A stretch of 64,000 nucleotides of DNA from assembly GCA_035687745.1 (NCBI GenBank), contig DASRVA010000023.1:12060-76059 (forward strand), read 5' to 3'. The translations under genes and the position numbers were made by a program. Each line of letters starts with the position of its first letter. Positions within the stretch are counted from its first letter, which is position 1. The stretch comes from Gemmatimonadota bacterium. GTDB taxonomy: Bacteria; Gemmatimonadota; Gemmatimonadetes; JACCXV01; JAHWKZ01. The notes under the pieces are model-generated. The model was not told where the DNA came from, did no database searches, and worked only from the letters and a program-made list of their open reading frames with translations. Below are positions 1-8,852 of this stretch, piece by piece.

Positions 1-2305
1 ACGGGTACGTCCTCGCGGCTTCCTGGAGGATGGGAAGAGCACCCGCAGGATCGCCCCCCTTCCAGCGGGCGTACCCTTCCATCGAGCGGATCATGCCGTC
101 CTCGAAGCGGGCTTCCAGGGTGTCGCCCTCCGCCACGAGCCGCTCTCTCTCCCGGCGGTGGATCGCGAGGCTTCGCAGGTAGTCGTCCCGCCGGCCGCGG
201 TCGATCGAGTAGATCGCTCCGCAGCCGGTCCTCGCGCTGGGCGTCGAGTCCGACGCGCGCAGGGCGAGGTGTTCGTCCAGCACGGCCTCCGGGATGGGCA
301 CGTCGAGGGAAGTGGCCGAAACCAGTAAGCATGCGGGGAACCAGGGCGGTCCCTCCTCGTCGAGGTACGAAAGGGCGTCGGCCAGCCGCCCCCTCCTGGT
401 CAGGTTTCCCCAGAAGAGGGCGTGGGGTACCTGACGGCCCCCTTCCGCGGCGTGGTCCAAAGCCAGCCGTTCATAGATCTCCCAGAAACCGGGATCGTAC
501 AGGTAGTTGAACACGGTCGAGAGGTCGAGGTCGGTCGACGGAAGAGAATCGAGCAGGGCGTCGCGCCGCGTGGAATCGCCGAAGGCGAGCTCGAGTGCGA
601 CGGCGCCCGCGCGCGCGTTCATCCCCTCCGGGCTCGCTACCAGGAGCTCGGCCACCCGTCGGGCCGCCCGGGCGCTGTCAGGAGGGCTCATGAACGCGAA
701 CTCGGTGGGGTGGAAGCGATAGGGCGCGAACGACGGGTCCAGCTCGACCGCCCGGAGCGCCGTCTGCTCCGCCTCCTCGAGCGTCGCCAGGGCCGAGGTA
801 TGATGATAGTAGATGTCGGCCAGCAGGAACCACGCCTCGGCATCGTCCGGATAACGGCGGGTCACCTCGCGCATCCGTTCGGCGCCTTCGGAGAATCCCA
901 GGTTCAGGAACAGCTCGCCCTCGACGAGGAGCCGCTCCCGTTCCGGAAGCCGGTCTGCGTGTCGGAGCGCCTTCAGCCTGGCTTCGACCACCAGGGGTCC
1001 CGGTTCCGTCCACCCGATGGTCGTGGCCACGCGGTTCCAGGCCAGGGCGAAAGTCGAGTCGGCCTCGACGGCGATCTCGTACAGCTCCCTGGCCGGCGCG
1101 ACCTCGCCGCGGCGGAACAGGGCCTCGCCTTCGAGGAAGGCCTTGAGGGCCGGGATGGAGGTCGTGGTGAGCGCGGCCAGGTTGACCCTGGGGACCTCGC
1201 CCTCGCCCTTTTCGAGAATGACCTCGAGAATCTCGCGCGCGAGACCGTCCACGAGCGCGAAGACGCTGTCCGGCGTCCCCTCGACCTGCCCGGTCCCGAG
1301 ACGCGCTCCGTTCTCGACATTATAGACTTCGGCGAGGAGACGGAGATTCGGGCCGATCGCCACGGCCGACCCGAGGAGGGCGTAGCGGGCCCCGGTCGTG
1401 CGTGCCACACGCAGAGCGGTCTCGGTGTCGGCGCGCTGGCCCTCCGGAACCTGGCGGTCCCACTGGGCGAGGAGCGTGCGGCTGTCGATCCCGCGCAGGT
1501 CTCCGGCTCCATCCAGCGTCGTGGAGAGGAGGGTCACCATCCCCTCCCGCCACTCGTCGAGCCCGGGGCTCGACACCTCGAACGGCAGCACGGCGACGCC
1601 GGGGGCCGCCGCGCCCGCCACGGCCTCCGGTGGCGCGAGGCTCCGGCCGCGATCCCGTATCATGACGTAGACCCCGGCGGCGCCGAAGAGCAGCGCGAGC
1701 GCGATGGCCGCGCCGAGCAGGGGCTCCCTCCTTCCTGTCGGTCGCCCGAGGATCCTTTCCCATCGGCGGCCCGCGGGGCGGGGCTCGCGGGCTTCCCCGG
1801 CCAGCTCCTCGGGCACGGTCGTCAGGGCATAGAGCCGCCACGCCCCCGGCACACCCTTCAGCTCGTGCTCGCCCCGGCCCTCGAACCCGAACCCCGAGCC
1901 GATCTCCGCATCCCGGACCGTCGCCGAGACGAGGACCTCGCCGGGCTGGGCCAGAGCCGCCACGCGCGCGCCGATGTGGACCGCGATGCCACCGACCGCG
2001 CCGTCCGATCGCTCCACCTCGCCCAGATGGAGGCCGCAGCGCACGTCGAGGCCCATGTCGCGCACCGCGTCGCGAATCTCCGCGGCGCAGGCGAGCGCGC
2101 GGGCCGGGCTGTCGAAGACCGCCAGGAAGCCGTCACCAGCGGTCGCGACCTCCCGGCCACCGTAGTGTCGGAGCCGCTCGCGGACGAAGTGGTGATGCTG
2201 CCGGAGAATCTCCTGCCAGCGAAGATCGCCATGGACCGCGGCCTTCTCGGTGGAGGCGACGATGTCGGTGAAGAGGACCGTGGCGATCGAGCGCTGGGGT
2301 CTCAT
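1..2305 (-). CDS. Membrane-anchored class III adenylate/guanylate cyclase (CHD) with C-terminal TPR-like domain; 3' end runs off the window
   Basis: Minus-strand translation from the ATG at 2305..2303 gives MRPQRSIATVLFTDIVASTEKAA...GDGFLAVFDSPARALACAAEIRDAV...GLHLGEVE... (cyclase homology domain motifs). This is followed by a hydrophobic segment (LLGAAIALALLFGAAGVYVMI) and a long helical-repeat region. There is no stop codon inside the window. Plus-strand ORF 422..2389 is its antisense shadow. Confidence 0.8.
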   Translation of the reverse strand, partial: MRPQRSIATVLFTDIVASTEKAAVHGDLRWQEILRQHHHFVRERLRHYGGREVATAGDGFLAVFDSPARALACAAEIRDAVRDMGLDVRCGLHLGEVERSDGAVGGIAVHIGARVAALAQPGEVLVSATVRDAEIGSGFGFEGRGEHELKGVPGAWRLYALTTVPEELAGEAREPRPAGRRWERILGRPTGRREPLLGAAIALALLFGAAGVYVMIRDRGRSLAPPEAVAGAAAPGVAVLPFEVSSPGLDEWREGMVTLLSTTLDGAGDLRGIDSRTLLAQWDRQVPEGQRADTETALRVARTTGARYALLGSAVAIGPNLRLLAEVYNVENGARLGTGQVEGTPDSVFALVDGLAREILEVILEKGEGEVPRVNLAALTTTSIPALKAFLEGEALFRRGEVAPARELYEIAVEADSTFALAWNRVATTIGWTEPGPLVVEARLKALRHADRLPERERLLVEGELFLNLGFSEGAERMREVTRRYPDDAEAWFLLADIYYHHTSALATLEEAEQTALRAVELDPSFAPYRFHPTEFAFMSPPDSARAARRVAELLVASPEGMNARAGAVALELAFGDSTRRDALLDSLPSTDLDLSTVFNYLYDPGFWEIYERLALDHAAEGGRQVPHALFWGNLTRRGRLADALSYLDEEGPPWFPACLLVSATSLDVPIPEAVLDEHLALRASDSTPSARTGCGAIYSIDRGRRDDYLRSLAIHRRERERLVAEGDTLEARFEDGMIRSMEGYARWKGGDPAGALPILQEAARTYP

Positions 2306-2321
2306 GAACGGGGGAAACGTA

Positions 2322-3725
2322 TCACGAACACGGCCGGCGGGGAACGTGCGGACGCCCCCAGAGAAACAGGACGACCATCCCTCCGATGAAGGCGAGGACC
2401 GAGGCCGCCAGAATTGCGAGCTTGGCGACCGCCATGAGCTCACCCTGCCCGAACGCCAGCCCCGCGATGAAGAGCGACATCGTGAACCCAATGCCGGCCA
2501 GCCAGGCCACCCCGTAGAGCTGCGCCCACCGGGCGTCCGACGGGAGGGCGGCCAGGCCGAGCCTGGTCGCCCCCCAGGCGAAGAACGTGATTCCGATCGA
2601 CTTGCCGAGGAGGAGGCCGGCGACGATTCCGAGTGCGATCGGGTGCCCGAGCATCGCCGACGGTGAGCCTTGGATGGTGACCCCGGCATTGGCCAGTGCG
2701 AAGAGCGGGAGGACCCCGAAGACGACCCACGGGTGTAGCGCGTCCTCGAGCCGCTGGAGGGGCGTCTGGACGTGCTCGACGGCCTCTTCGAGCGCGCCCA
2801 GGGCATTCTGCTGGCCGCCGCTCACGAGACGCGCCGAGCGGAACTCGGAGACCTCCTCGAAGTCCTCGAGGATCGAGGCGCTCCGCCGCAGGAACTCCCG
2901 GCTGTCGAGCCGCCGCCGGGCGGGGATCGTTATCGCCACCAGAACACCGGCGATGGTCGCGTGGACTCCGGAGTGCAGGAAGGCCACCCACACCCCGAGG
3001 CCGGCCAGGGCGTAGGGGAGCGGGCTCCGGATCCGGGACGCGTTGAAGAGCGCACAGGCGACGAGCCCCGCCGCCCCGGCGCCCAGCCAGGACCACGACA
3101 CACCGTGGGCGTAGAAGACCGCGATCACCAGGATCGCGCCAAGATCGTCGACGATCGCGAGCGCGGTGAGAAACACCTTGAGCGACGCCGGCACCCGGCT
3201 TCCCAGCACGGAGACGGCCGCCACCGCGAATGCGATGTCGGTCGCCATCGGCACCCCCCATCCCGCTGCGCCCGGTCCGCCGGCGTTGACGACCGCGTAG
3301 ATCGCGGCCGGCGCGAGCATGCCTCCCAGCGCCCCGGCGATCGGCAGCATGGCCTTTCTCGGCTCGGCGAGCTCGCCGGCCACGACCTCGCGCTTGATCT
3401 CGAGCCCCACGACGAAGAAGAACAGCGCCATGAGGCCGTCGTTGATCCAGTGGAGCAGGGACTCGTCCAGGCGGAGACGAGCCACCTCGATCGAGACGTG
3501 GGTCGCCCACAGCTCCTCGTAGGCGGCCCGGAAGGGGGAGTTGGCCCACGCCAGGGCGATGACGGCGCACGCCAGGAGCACCGCGCCCCCGGCGGCCTCG
3601 AGACGCAGGAACTCCCGGAAGGCGCCGCGCAGTCGGATCGCCGGAGCCGCTACGGCGCCTCCTCCTCGATCTCCGCCTCCCAGCCGATCTCGACCGCCCC
3701 ACGCAGCGACGCCGCGGTCGGGCAC
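2322..3725 (-). CDS. nhaA: Na+/H+ antiporter NhaA
   Basis: Carries the NhaA signature FFFVVGLEIKRE and the overall NhaA TM layout (AIVDDLGAILVIAVFY, HATIAGV). The only canonical start, ATG at 3725, overlaps the 3' end of the OsmC-like gene by 76 nt. No ATG/GTG/TTG lies between the OsmC stop and the first conserved NhaA helix. Confidence 0.8.
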   Translation of the reverse strand: MPDRGVAAWGGRDRLGGGDRGGGAVAAPAIRLRGAFREFLRLEAAGGAVLLACAVIALAWANSPFRAAYEELWATHVSIEVARLRLDESLLHWINDGLMALFFFVVGLEIKREVVAGELAEPRKAMLPIAGALGGMLAPAAIYAVVNAGGPGAAGWGVPMATDIAFAVAAVSVLGSRVPASLKVFLTALAIVDDLGAILVIAVFYAHGVSWSWLGAGAAGLVACALFNASRIRSPLPYALAGLGVWVAFLHSGVHATIAGVLVAITIPARRRLDSREFLRRSASILEDFEEVSEFRSARLVSGGQQNALGALEEAVEHVQTPLQRLEDALHPWVVFGVLPLFALANAGVTIQGSPSAMLGHPIALGIVAGLLLGKSIGITFFAWGATRLGLAALPSDARWAQLYGVAWLAGIGFTMSLFIAGLAFGQGELMAVAKLAILAASVLAFIGGMVVLFLWGRPHVPRRPCS

Positions 3726-4114
3726 TTCGACTGATGCCCCGCCAGCGCCCGGTCGACCTTCTCCCGCTCGCCCGGCGGCACCCTCAGCCGGTACCGGATG
3801 TGGATCCGGGTCAGGACGGGAAGCCGGTCCACGATCTCGTTGATCCCCTCGGCCTCGGCCTGGATCGCGTCAGGCTCGAGCCGGACCCCGCGCACCTCCA
3901 GTGCGCCGTTGAGCGTCCCCAGCATTCAGCCCGCGGCGGAGGCGACGATGTAGTCGACCGGCAGCGGCAGATCGGGCGCGTCGATCCGATAGTGCTCCCT
4001 AACCGGTCCGTGCACGCCCATGTCGAACTCCGCTCCGGTGGGGAGCGTCGCCCGGCGATGGACGCCCGCGACCTTTCTCACGGATACGCGACTGACGTAA
4101 AAAGGCTCGCTCAC
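3650..4114 (-). CDS. OsmC/Ohr-family peroxiredoxin-like protein with an in-frame TGA at the peroxidatic Cys position (candidate selenoprotein)
   Basis: Starts at a GTG preceded by AGGAGG plus 6 nt. The translation aligns to E. coli OsmC: IVASAAG-[TGA]-MLGTLNGAL corresponds to IGAAHAA-C-FSMALSLML, and QSKCPTAASLRGAVEI corresponds to KAGCPVSQVLKAEITL. Track ORFs 3926..4114 and 3650..3925 share one frame and are separated only by the TGA at 3926..3928. Confidence 0.65.
3883..3918 (-). other. Candidate bacterial SECIS hairpin downstream of the OsmC in-frame UGA
   Basis: On the minus strand, 7 to 43 nt after the UGA: lower stem GGAC/GUCC, internal loop, upper stem GCGCAC/GUGCGC, apical loop UGGAG. 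Confidence 0.4.
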
Positions 4115-4189
4115 CGTTCACCTCCTGGAATCGAGGGAATACGTAGATGCTGGTCACGACAGCGCGGCGGCGGTTGGGGCTTCACTACG

Positions 4190-5149
4190 CTAGCTCGGGC
4201 GCGTGGGTCCGGCCGCCTTCGAGTTCACGAAGTGGCCCGCTTCTCCGGCGAGCGGAGTGGTGGCTCCTCGGAAGCCGCCCAGCAGGAACGCACGCAGGCG
4301 CAGCCAGCGGTGAAGGCGCTTTCCGATGTCGACGGGCGGATGGCCGATGGCCCAGCGAAGAGCGAGCCGACCCAGCAGGAAGAACACATCCCAGCACCCG
4401 CGTCTCAGGTTCTTGACCAGCATGGCTCCTGTCCCGAACCAGTACGATCGGATCAGCTCGCGTGCCTCGTCACCGGAACGAAAGCCGTAGTGAATGACGG
4501 AAACCGCCGGCGTCTCGTACACCCACCACCCGTGCTCCAGTGCTCGCAGAACGAAGTCGCTCTCCGCGCCCGAGCGAAACGGTGCACCGGCGCCCAGCAT
4601 GGGATCGAACCCTCCCAGACTCTTCCATGCCGCACGTCGCATCGCCATGCAGGCGGAGAGCCCCTCGACGCGGTGCTTCTCTCGAACGCTGCGGGCAAGG
4701 TAGGGCTCGTCTCGATAATAGGCAGGCACGATTTCAGCCCCGTCGTGCGGCGCAGCGCGAACAATGCCCGCCACGACACCGATGCGGGGATCGAGCCGAA
4801 ACGCCGCCTCGAACGCCTCCAGCCAACCGGGCTCCGCCTCGCAGTCGTCATCGATACACACCACGATCCCCTCACGCGCCTGCTCGATCCCCAGGTTTCT
4901 CGCATTGGACACACCGCGCGACGCGGAGCGCATGTATCGCAATCTGGAATCGCCGGCGAGCGGCTGAAGCGCCCGCTCCGTCGCGTCACCGGTGCTCTGG
5001 TCCACGACGATCACTTCGAGCTCCGGATTGCGCGGGGCCAGAACCGAGCGCACCGCCACAGCGGGCAGCGCCCCGCGGTCGCGCGTCGCGATCACCACAG
5101 TCGTCAGTGCCTCCGCGGGCGGGATCCCCGCCTGCCGCGCCTCTCTCAC
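4190..5149 (-). CDS. Glycosyltransferase family 2
   Basis: Motifs VIVVDQSTGD, CIDDDCEAEPGWL. Proposed GTG start overlaps the upstream TGA stop (GTGA) at 5146..5149. The supplied 644-aa ORF is N-terminally over-extended. Confidence 0.75.
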   Translation of the reverse strand: MREARQAGIPPAEALTTVVIATRDRGALPAVAVRSVLAPRNPELEVIVVDQSTGDATERALQPLAGDSRLRYMRSASRGVSNARNLGIEQAREGIVVCIDDDCEAEPGWLEAFEAAFRLDPRIGVVAGIVRAAPHDGAEIVPAYYRDEPYLARSVREKHRVEGLSACMAMRRAAWKSLGGFDPMLGAGAPFRSGAESDFVLRALEHGWWVYETPAVSVIHYGFRSGDEARELIRSYWFGTGAMLVKNLRRGCWDVFFLLGRLALRWAIGHPPVDIGKRLHRWLRLRAFLLGGFRGATTPLAGEAGHFVNSKAAGPTRPS

Positions 5150-6036
5150 TCGTCCGCCTGGCGCACTGCGCGCCGGCCGGCCTCCCAGCAGAACCCGCCC
5201 GCGTTCGCCAGCTCGCCGAGCACGACCAGGGTGGCGATCGGAAGCCCGCCCACCCATCCACGATCCCGAAATGGTTGGGCGAGAAGCCTCGCGTAGAAGC
5301 CCGGGTCGGGCCTGAGCGAGCCGCCTTTGATCCCGGCCCGATGATGAAACCGATAGGCCCCGCGTCCGAAACCCACCTGCTGCCGGAGGAACCCGGCCAA
5401 TCCCATCTCGTGCGCGTGGTTCACCACCGCGAGCGGCTCGTAGACGATCGGCCATCCCCGGCGCGTCCAACGATCGCGGATCTCGCGATCCTCGGCGGTG
5501 CGGAAGGCCTCGTCGAACCCTCCGATCTCCCGGAATCGCTGCGCGGGGACCGCCAGGTTGCTGGAGGACACGAAGCCAACCTCGCTCGCAGTGTTGAAGT
5601 GGCGGGTGGCGGTCGAGCCGATCGTCTGGCTGGCGGCACTGTAGGGGTTCGCGAAAAGCTGGTTCCGGCGGCGGCCCGCGAGCATGGCGCCGGGCGAGCG
5701 CCGTGCGGCCGCGTCCAGGACCGCCAGCCAGTCCGGTTCTGGCGCGCAGTCGTCGTCGGTGAAGGCCAGGACCTGACCACGAGCGACCGCGGCGCCGCGG
5801 TTGCGCGCCGCGGCCGGTCCCTTCCCGTCGATTCGCAGGAGCGTGAGGCGCGGACGGTCCTCGAATGCAGCGATCGCACCGGATGGCGGCTGCGTGCTTC
5901 CGTCGTCGACGACGATGACGTCGAAGGCCTCCCGCGGGTACGTCTGCCGATCCAGGGCTTCCAGGCACACGCCAAGCTGGCGCTCGCGATCGAATGTCGG
6001 GACGATGACCGTGAAGTGGATCGGCTCGCCGCTCAC
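5146..6036 (-). CDS. Glycosyltransferase family 2
   Basis: HFTVIVPTFDRE, VIVVDDGS, FTDDDCAPEPDWL. GTG start at 6036..6034 overlaps the upstream stop (GTGA). Confidence 0.8.
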   Translation of the reverse strand: MSGEPIHFTVIVPTFDRERQLGVCLEALDRQTYPREAFDVIVVDDGSTQPPSGAIAAFEDRPRLTLLRIDGKGPAAARNRGAAVARGQVLAFTDDDCAPEPDWLAVLDAAARRSPGAMLAGRRRNQLFANPYSAASQTIGSTATRHFNTASEVGFVSSSNLAVPAQRFREIGGFDEAFRTAEDREIRDRWTRRGWPIVYEPLAVVNHAHEMGLAGFLRQQVGFGRGAYRFHHRAGIKGGSLRPDPGFYARLLAQPFRDRGWVGGLPIATLVVLGELANAGGFCWEAGRRAVRQADE

Positions 6037-7004
6037 CGGAGATCGACGGATTTCCCCAGGTGTTGCACACGATTGAACTCGAAGGCGGCGAGTCGGGAGA
6101 GCGCGTTTCCAGTGCCGCACGCATAGCCCGCCATCTCGCCCAGGGCGCTCACCACGAGGCCAAGGGCGGCCGTCGGAATGACCCCCTTCGGCATTTGCCG
6201 GGGGGGGCCGCTGGCCAGGTCGGACACCACCCGGCCGAGACGCACGACCGGGATGAGAGGCGACGCCGCGACGTAGAGTGCGCGCCGTCCGACGTTCCAT
6301 TCGCGCGACCGGGTCGACGCGAAAACCCGCCCGCTGAGAAACTTGGCCGCGAGCCAGGGACGGAGGAGCCCGAAGTTGAGGTGGGCCGTGACGGCCCGTG
6401 GCTCCAGGTAGAGTCGATGCCCGCGGGCACGCAGTCGCCAATGATAGGCGCTCTCCGAGGCGAGGGCGTTCTCCATGCCGGGATCGCTGGCGAGCAGGAC
6501 CTCGCGCTTGTAGCTGCTGTTGTGCCCGGGCAGATGACTTCGCTCGCCGGGCTCCGCCGGGGCGAGCCACTCGAGGTAGGAGGTGACGAGATCGGCCCAG
6601 CTCACGCGGTTGCCGGGATTTCCGTTGCGGATGACCGGGCCGACGGCCGCCCAGGGGCCGCGATGGGCCTCGATCAAGGCCGCCGCCCACCCCGGATCGG
6701 GATAGGAATGGTCCTCACAGAGGGCCACCAACGGCGCCGTCGCGTGGCGAACGCCCGCCGCGTACGCCGCCGCGATGTTCACGATTCGCCCGACCTCGAC
6801 CACGCGATGGCCGGCGAACGCCTCGAACTCGTGCGGCGGGGCGTCCAGACCGGCCGTCGAGGAGGCCACGACGACCAGCTCGATCCGATTCGCCGCGGTC
6901 TGGGAGCGCAGGTGACGCACGGTCTCCCGGATCGATCCGTAGCCATCGGACGTAGGAAGAATGGCAGATAGTTCGGGGGTTGAAGCCGGCGCTTCCTCAG
7001 CCAC
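6033..7004 (-). CDS. Glycosyltransferase family 2-like protein
   Basis: ILPTSDGYGSIRETVRHL N-terminus and a CEDHSYPDPGW DxD-like region. GTG start. 8-nt overlap with the upstream oxidoreductase. Confidence 0.7.
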   Translation of the reverse strand: MAEEAPASTPELSAILPTSDGYGSIRETVRHLRSQTAANRIELVVVASSTAGLDAPPHEFEAFAGHRVVEVGRIVNIAAAYAAGVRHATAPLVALCEDHSYPDPGWAAALIEAHRGPWAAVGPVIRNGNPGNRVSWADLVTSYLEWLAPAEPGERSHLPGHNSSYKREVLLASDPGMENALASESAYHWRLRARGHRLYLEPRAVTAHLNFGLLRPWLAAKFLSGRVFASTRSREWNVGRRALYVAASPLIPVVRLGRVVSDLASGPPRQMPKGVIPTAALGLVVSALGEMAGYACGTGNALSRLAAFEFNRVQHLGKSVDLR

Positions 7005-8115
7005 CGGCCACCGTCCCGTTCCTCGGGGCGTCCACGACGGGAACCGGTCGGCCGCGGATGGCCGAGTCGATGGCCGCCAGCACGATCCGGACGGCCTCCC
7101 TTCCCTCGTGAAGCGGGCATTTTGTCTCCCGGTTTTCGCGGACGGCGCCCAGGAAGTCCTCCCACTCGGCCCGGAACGACTCCATCCAGACGCCCCCGGT
7201 GCGAAGACGCGTCACGGTCGCCGGAGTGGCGGCGATCAGGCCCAGACCCCGCCGCGCGCGATTCCGGAGACCACCCTGGTATTCCAAGGAGCTCCACCTG
7301 TCCAGCCCGTCGGATCGATAGGGATTCGAGCGAGCGCACGCGGCGTCTCCAACAACCTCGATCTGATTCGTGTTGGTGGTCCCTTGAGCGAGCGCGGTCA
7401 CGGCAAGGACGCCGGCATCCAGCCGACCCGTAACGACCGAGGACTCCTCGTCCCAGGCGCCGCTCGTCGTCGCCGTCGCGCTCACCTCCTCGACCTCTCG
7501 CCCCGTCAGGAACCGCCACAGATCGAGGTGGTGGACGCCTGTCTCGAAAAACGTGTTCCCGCCGAGATCCGGGTGCTTCCGCCATTCCGGTACCGGTCCC
7601 GCGTAGTCCGCCCGGCCGCAGAACGTCGTCGTCAGCATCCGGATCTCGCCGAGCACGCCCCCGTCCACGTCCGCCTTGAGCTTCCGCACGTGCGGGTGCC
7701 AGCGCAGCGAATGACCTACGGCGGCCCGCAGGCCGCTGGCCTTCACCTCGTTGACCATCCGGTCGCACTCGTCCAGGTCGAGGGCCAGGGGCTTCTCCAC
7801 GAACACGTGCTTGCCGGCACGCAGCGCGGCCACCACCACCTCGGCGTGCTGGGCCGGCGGCACGCACACCGCGACCACGTCGAGCTGCGGGACGTCGAGG
7901 ATCTCCTGAACGTCGGCCGCCGCGCGGGGCACCTGGTAGCGGTCCGCCGCCTCCGAGCGCCGGTGGGGATCGGGGTCGGCGACCGCCAGAATCCGCGCGC
8001 CGTCCATGCGGTCCAGGACCGGCAGGTGGCGGGTCATCGCGACTCGCCCGCAGCCGACGACGCCGATACCGATCCGCGACCGATCCGACACCTTCCTCAT
8101 CCTCACCTTCCTCAT
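6997..8115 (-). CDS. Gfo/Idh/MocA family NAD(P)-dependent oxidoreductase
   Basis: IGIGVVGCGRVAMTRHLP Rossmann N-terminus and EKPLAL motif. Two in-frame ATGs (8115 and 8100) created by a 15-bp tandem duplication; the ATG at 8100 has the better SD (AGGAAGGTGAGG). Confidence 0.8.
   Translation of the reverse strand: MRKVRMRKVSDRSRIGIGVVGCGRVAMTRHLPVLDRMDGARILAVADPDPHRRSEAADRYQVPRAAADVQEILDVPQLDVVAVCVPPAQHAEVVVAALRAGKHVFVEKPLALDLDECDRMVNEVKASGLRAAVGHSLRWHPHVRKLKADVDGGVLGEIRMLTTTFCGRADYAGPVPEWRKHPDLGGNTFFETGVHHLDLWRFLTGREVEEVSATATTSGAWDEESSVVTGRLDAGVLAVTALAQGTTNTNQIEVVGDAACARSNPYRSDGLDRWSSLEYQGGLRNRARRGLGLIAATPATVTRLRTGGVWMESFRAEWEDFLGAVRENRETKCPLHEGREAVRIVLAAIDSAIRGRPVPVVDAPRNGTVAGG
8086..8115. 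repeat. 15-bp perfect tandem duplication (cctcaccttcctcat x2) spanning the oxidoreductase start
   Basis: Read directly in the sequence. Encodes the duplicated MRKVR-MRKVS N-terminus. Confidence 0.6.
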
Positions 8116-8852
8116 CCTCCCGACGGCGGGGCGTCGAGAGTGAGCCCCGCATGGATGTCACGGGCGGCGGCCGCCAGCAGATCGGCGTCGCGTGCCCTGA
8201 GAACCACCTTGCAGCGATAGCGGCCGTCCAGGAACACCGGATACGAGCCGATCCCGACCCCGGGGTGCCGTCCCTGGATCGCGGCCAGGGTCTCGGAGAA
8301 ATCCCCCTCCTTGCCGAGCACCCAGAGCGTCTCCTTGTAGAACGGGTCCGAGAGGAGTTGATCGGCGGCGGACTCGAAGACGTCGCGCAGGAGGTCCGGC
8401 ACGCCGGGGAACGCCAGCACGCCGCCCACGCGGAAGGCGAAGGCGAGCCGCTGGCGCCCACGCAGAAGGCGCGCCCCGCGCGGGAGCTCGGCCATACGCC
8501 GTTCGGCCGGCGTGAGGCGATCGCCGTAATCGACAGCCAGGAGCTCCTCGGCGTCGGGCTGAACCTCGAGCGGGAGCTCGAGCGCAGCCGCGACCGCCTG
8601 CCGCGTCACGTCGTCATGGGTCGGCCCGAGGCCCCCGGTCAGGATCACGTAATCGTTGTCGCGCGCCTGGCGCCGGACCTCGTCCGCGATCTCCTCGAGC
8701 CGGTCGCCCACGACCACGATCCGGCTGACCCGGATCCCCAACTCCCACATGCGGCGCGCCAGGAACGGGGTGTTCAGGTCCTGGACCTCGCCGGAGAGGA
8801 TCTCGTCGCCGACGATGACCAGGGCCGCCGAGCGCGGCCCGGAGGGGCTCAC
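8112..8852 (-). CDS. Molybdopterin-binding (MoaB/MogA/CinA N-terminal-like) domain protein
   Basis: ALVIVGDEILSGEVQDLNTPFLARRM...YVILTGGLGPTHDDVT. GTG start overlaps the FNR stop (GTGA). ATGA overlap with the downstream oxidoreductase. Confidence 0.7.
   Translation of the reverse strand: MSPSGPRSAALVIVGDEILSGEVQDLNTPFLARRMWELGIRVSRIVVVGDRLEEIADEVRRQARDNDYVILTGGLGPTHDDVTRQAVAAALELPLEVQPDAEELLAVDYGDRLTPAERRMAELPRGARLLRGRQRLAFAFRVGGVLAFPGVPDLLRDVFESAADQLLSDPFYKETLWVLGKEGDFSETLAAIQGRHPGVGIGSYPVFLDGRYRCKVVLRARDADLLAAAARDIHAGLTLDAPPSGG

Noticed and set aside
422-2389. 655-aa plus-strand ORF (and similar long ORFs such as 3734..5296, 4540..6126, 6779..8461, 10915..12630, 14596..16026, 16317..17564, 19401..20537, 23071..24561, 26382..27734, 30919..32493, 37754..39853, 47267..50110, 50489..53917, 54047..55393, 58562..60637)
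   Set aside because: These lie antisense to genes with clear family signatures. Their products are Arg/Pro/Gly-rich low-complexity, as expected for shadow ORFs in roughly 70% GC DNA.
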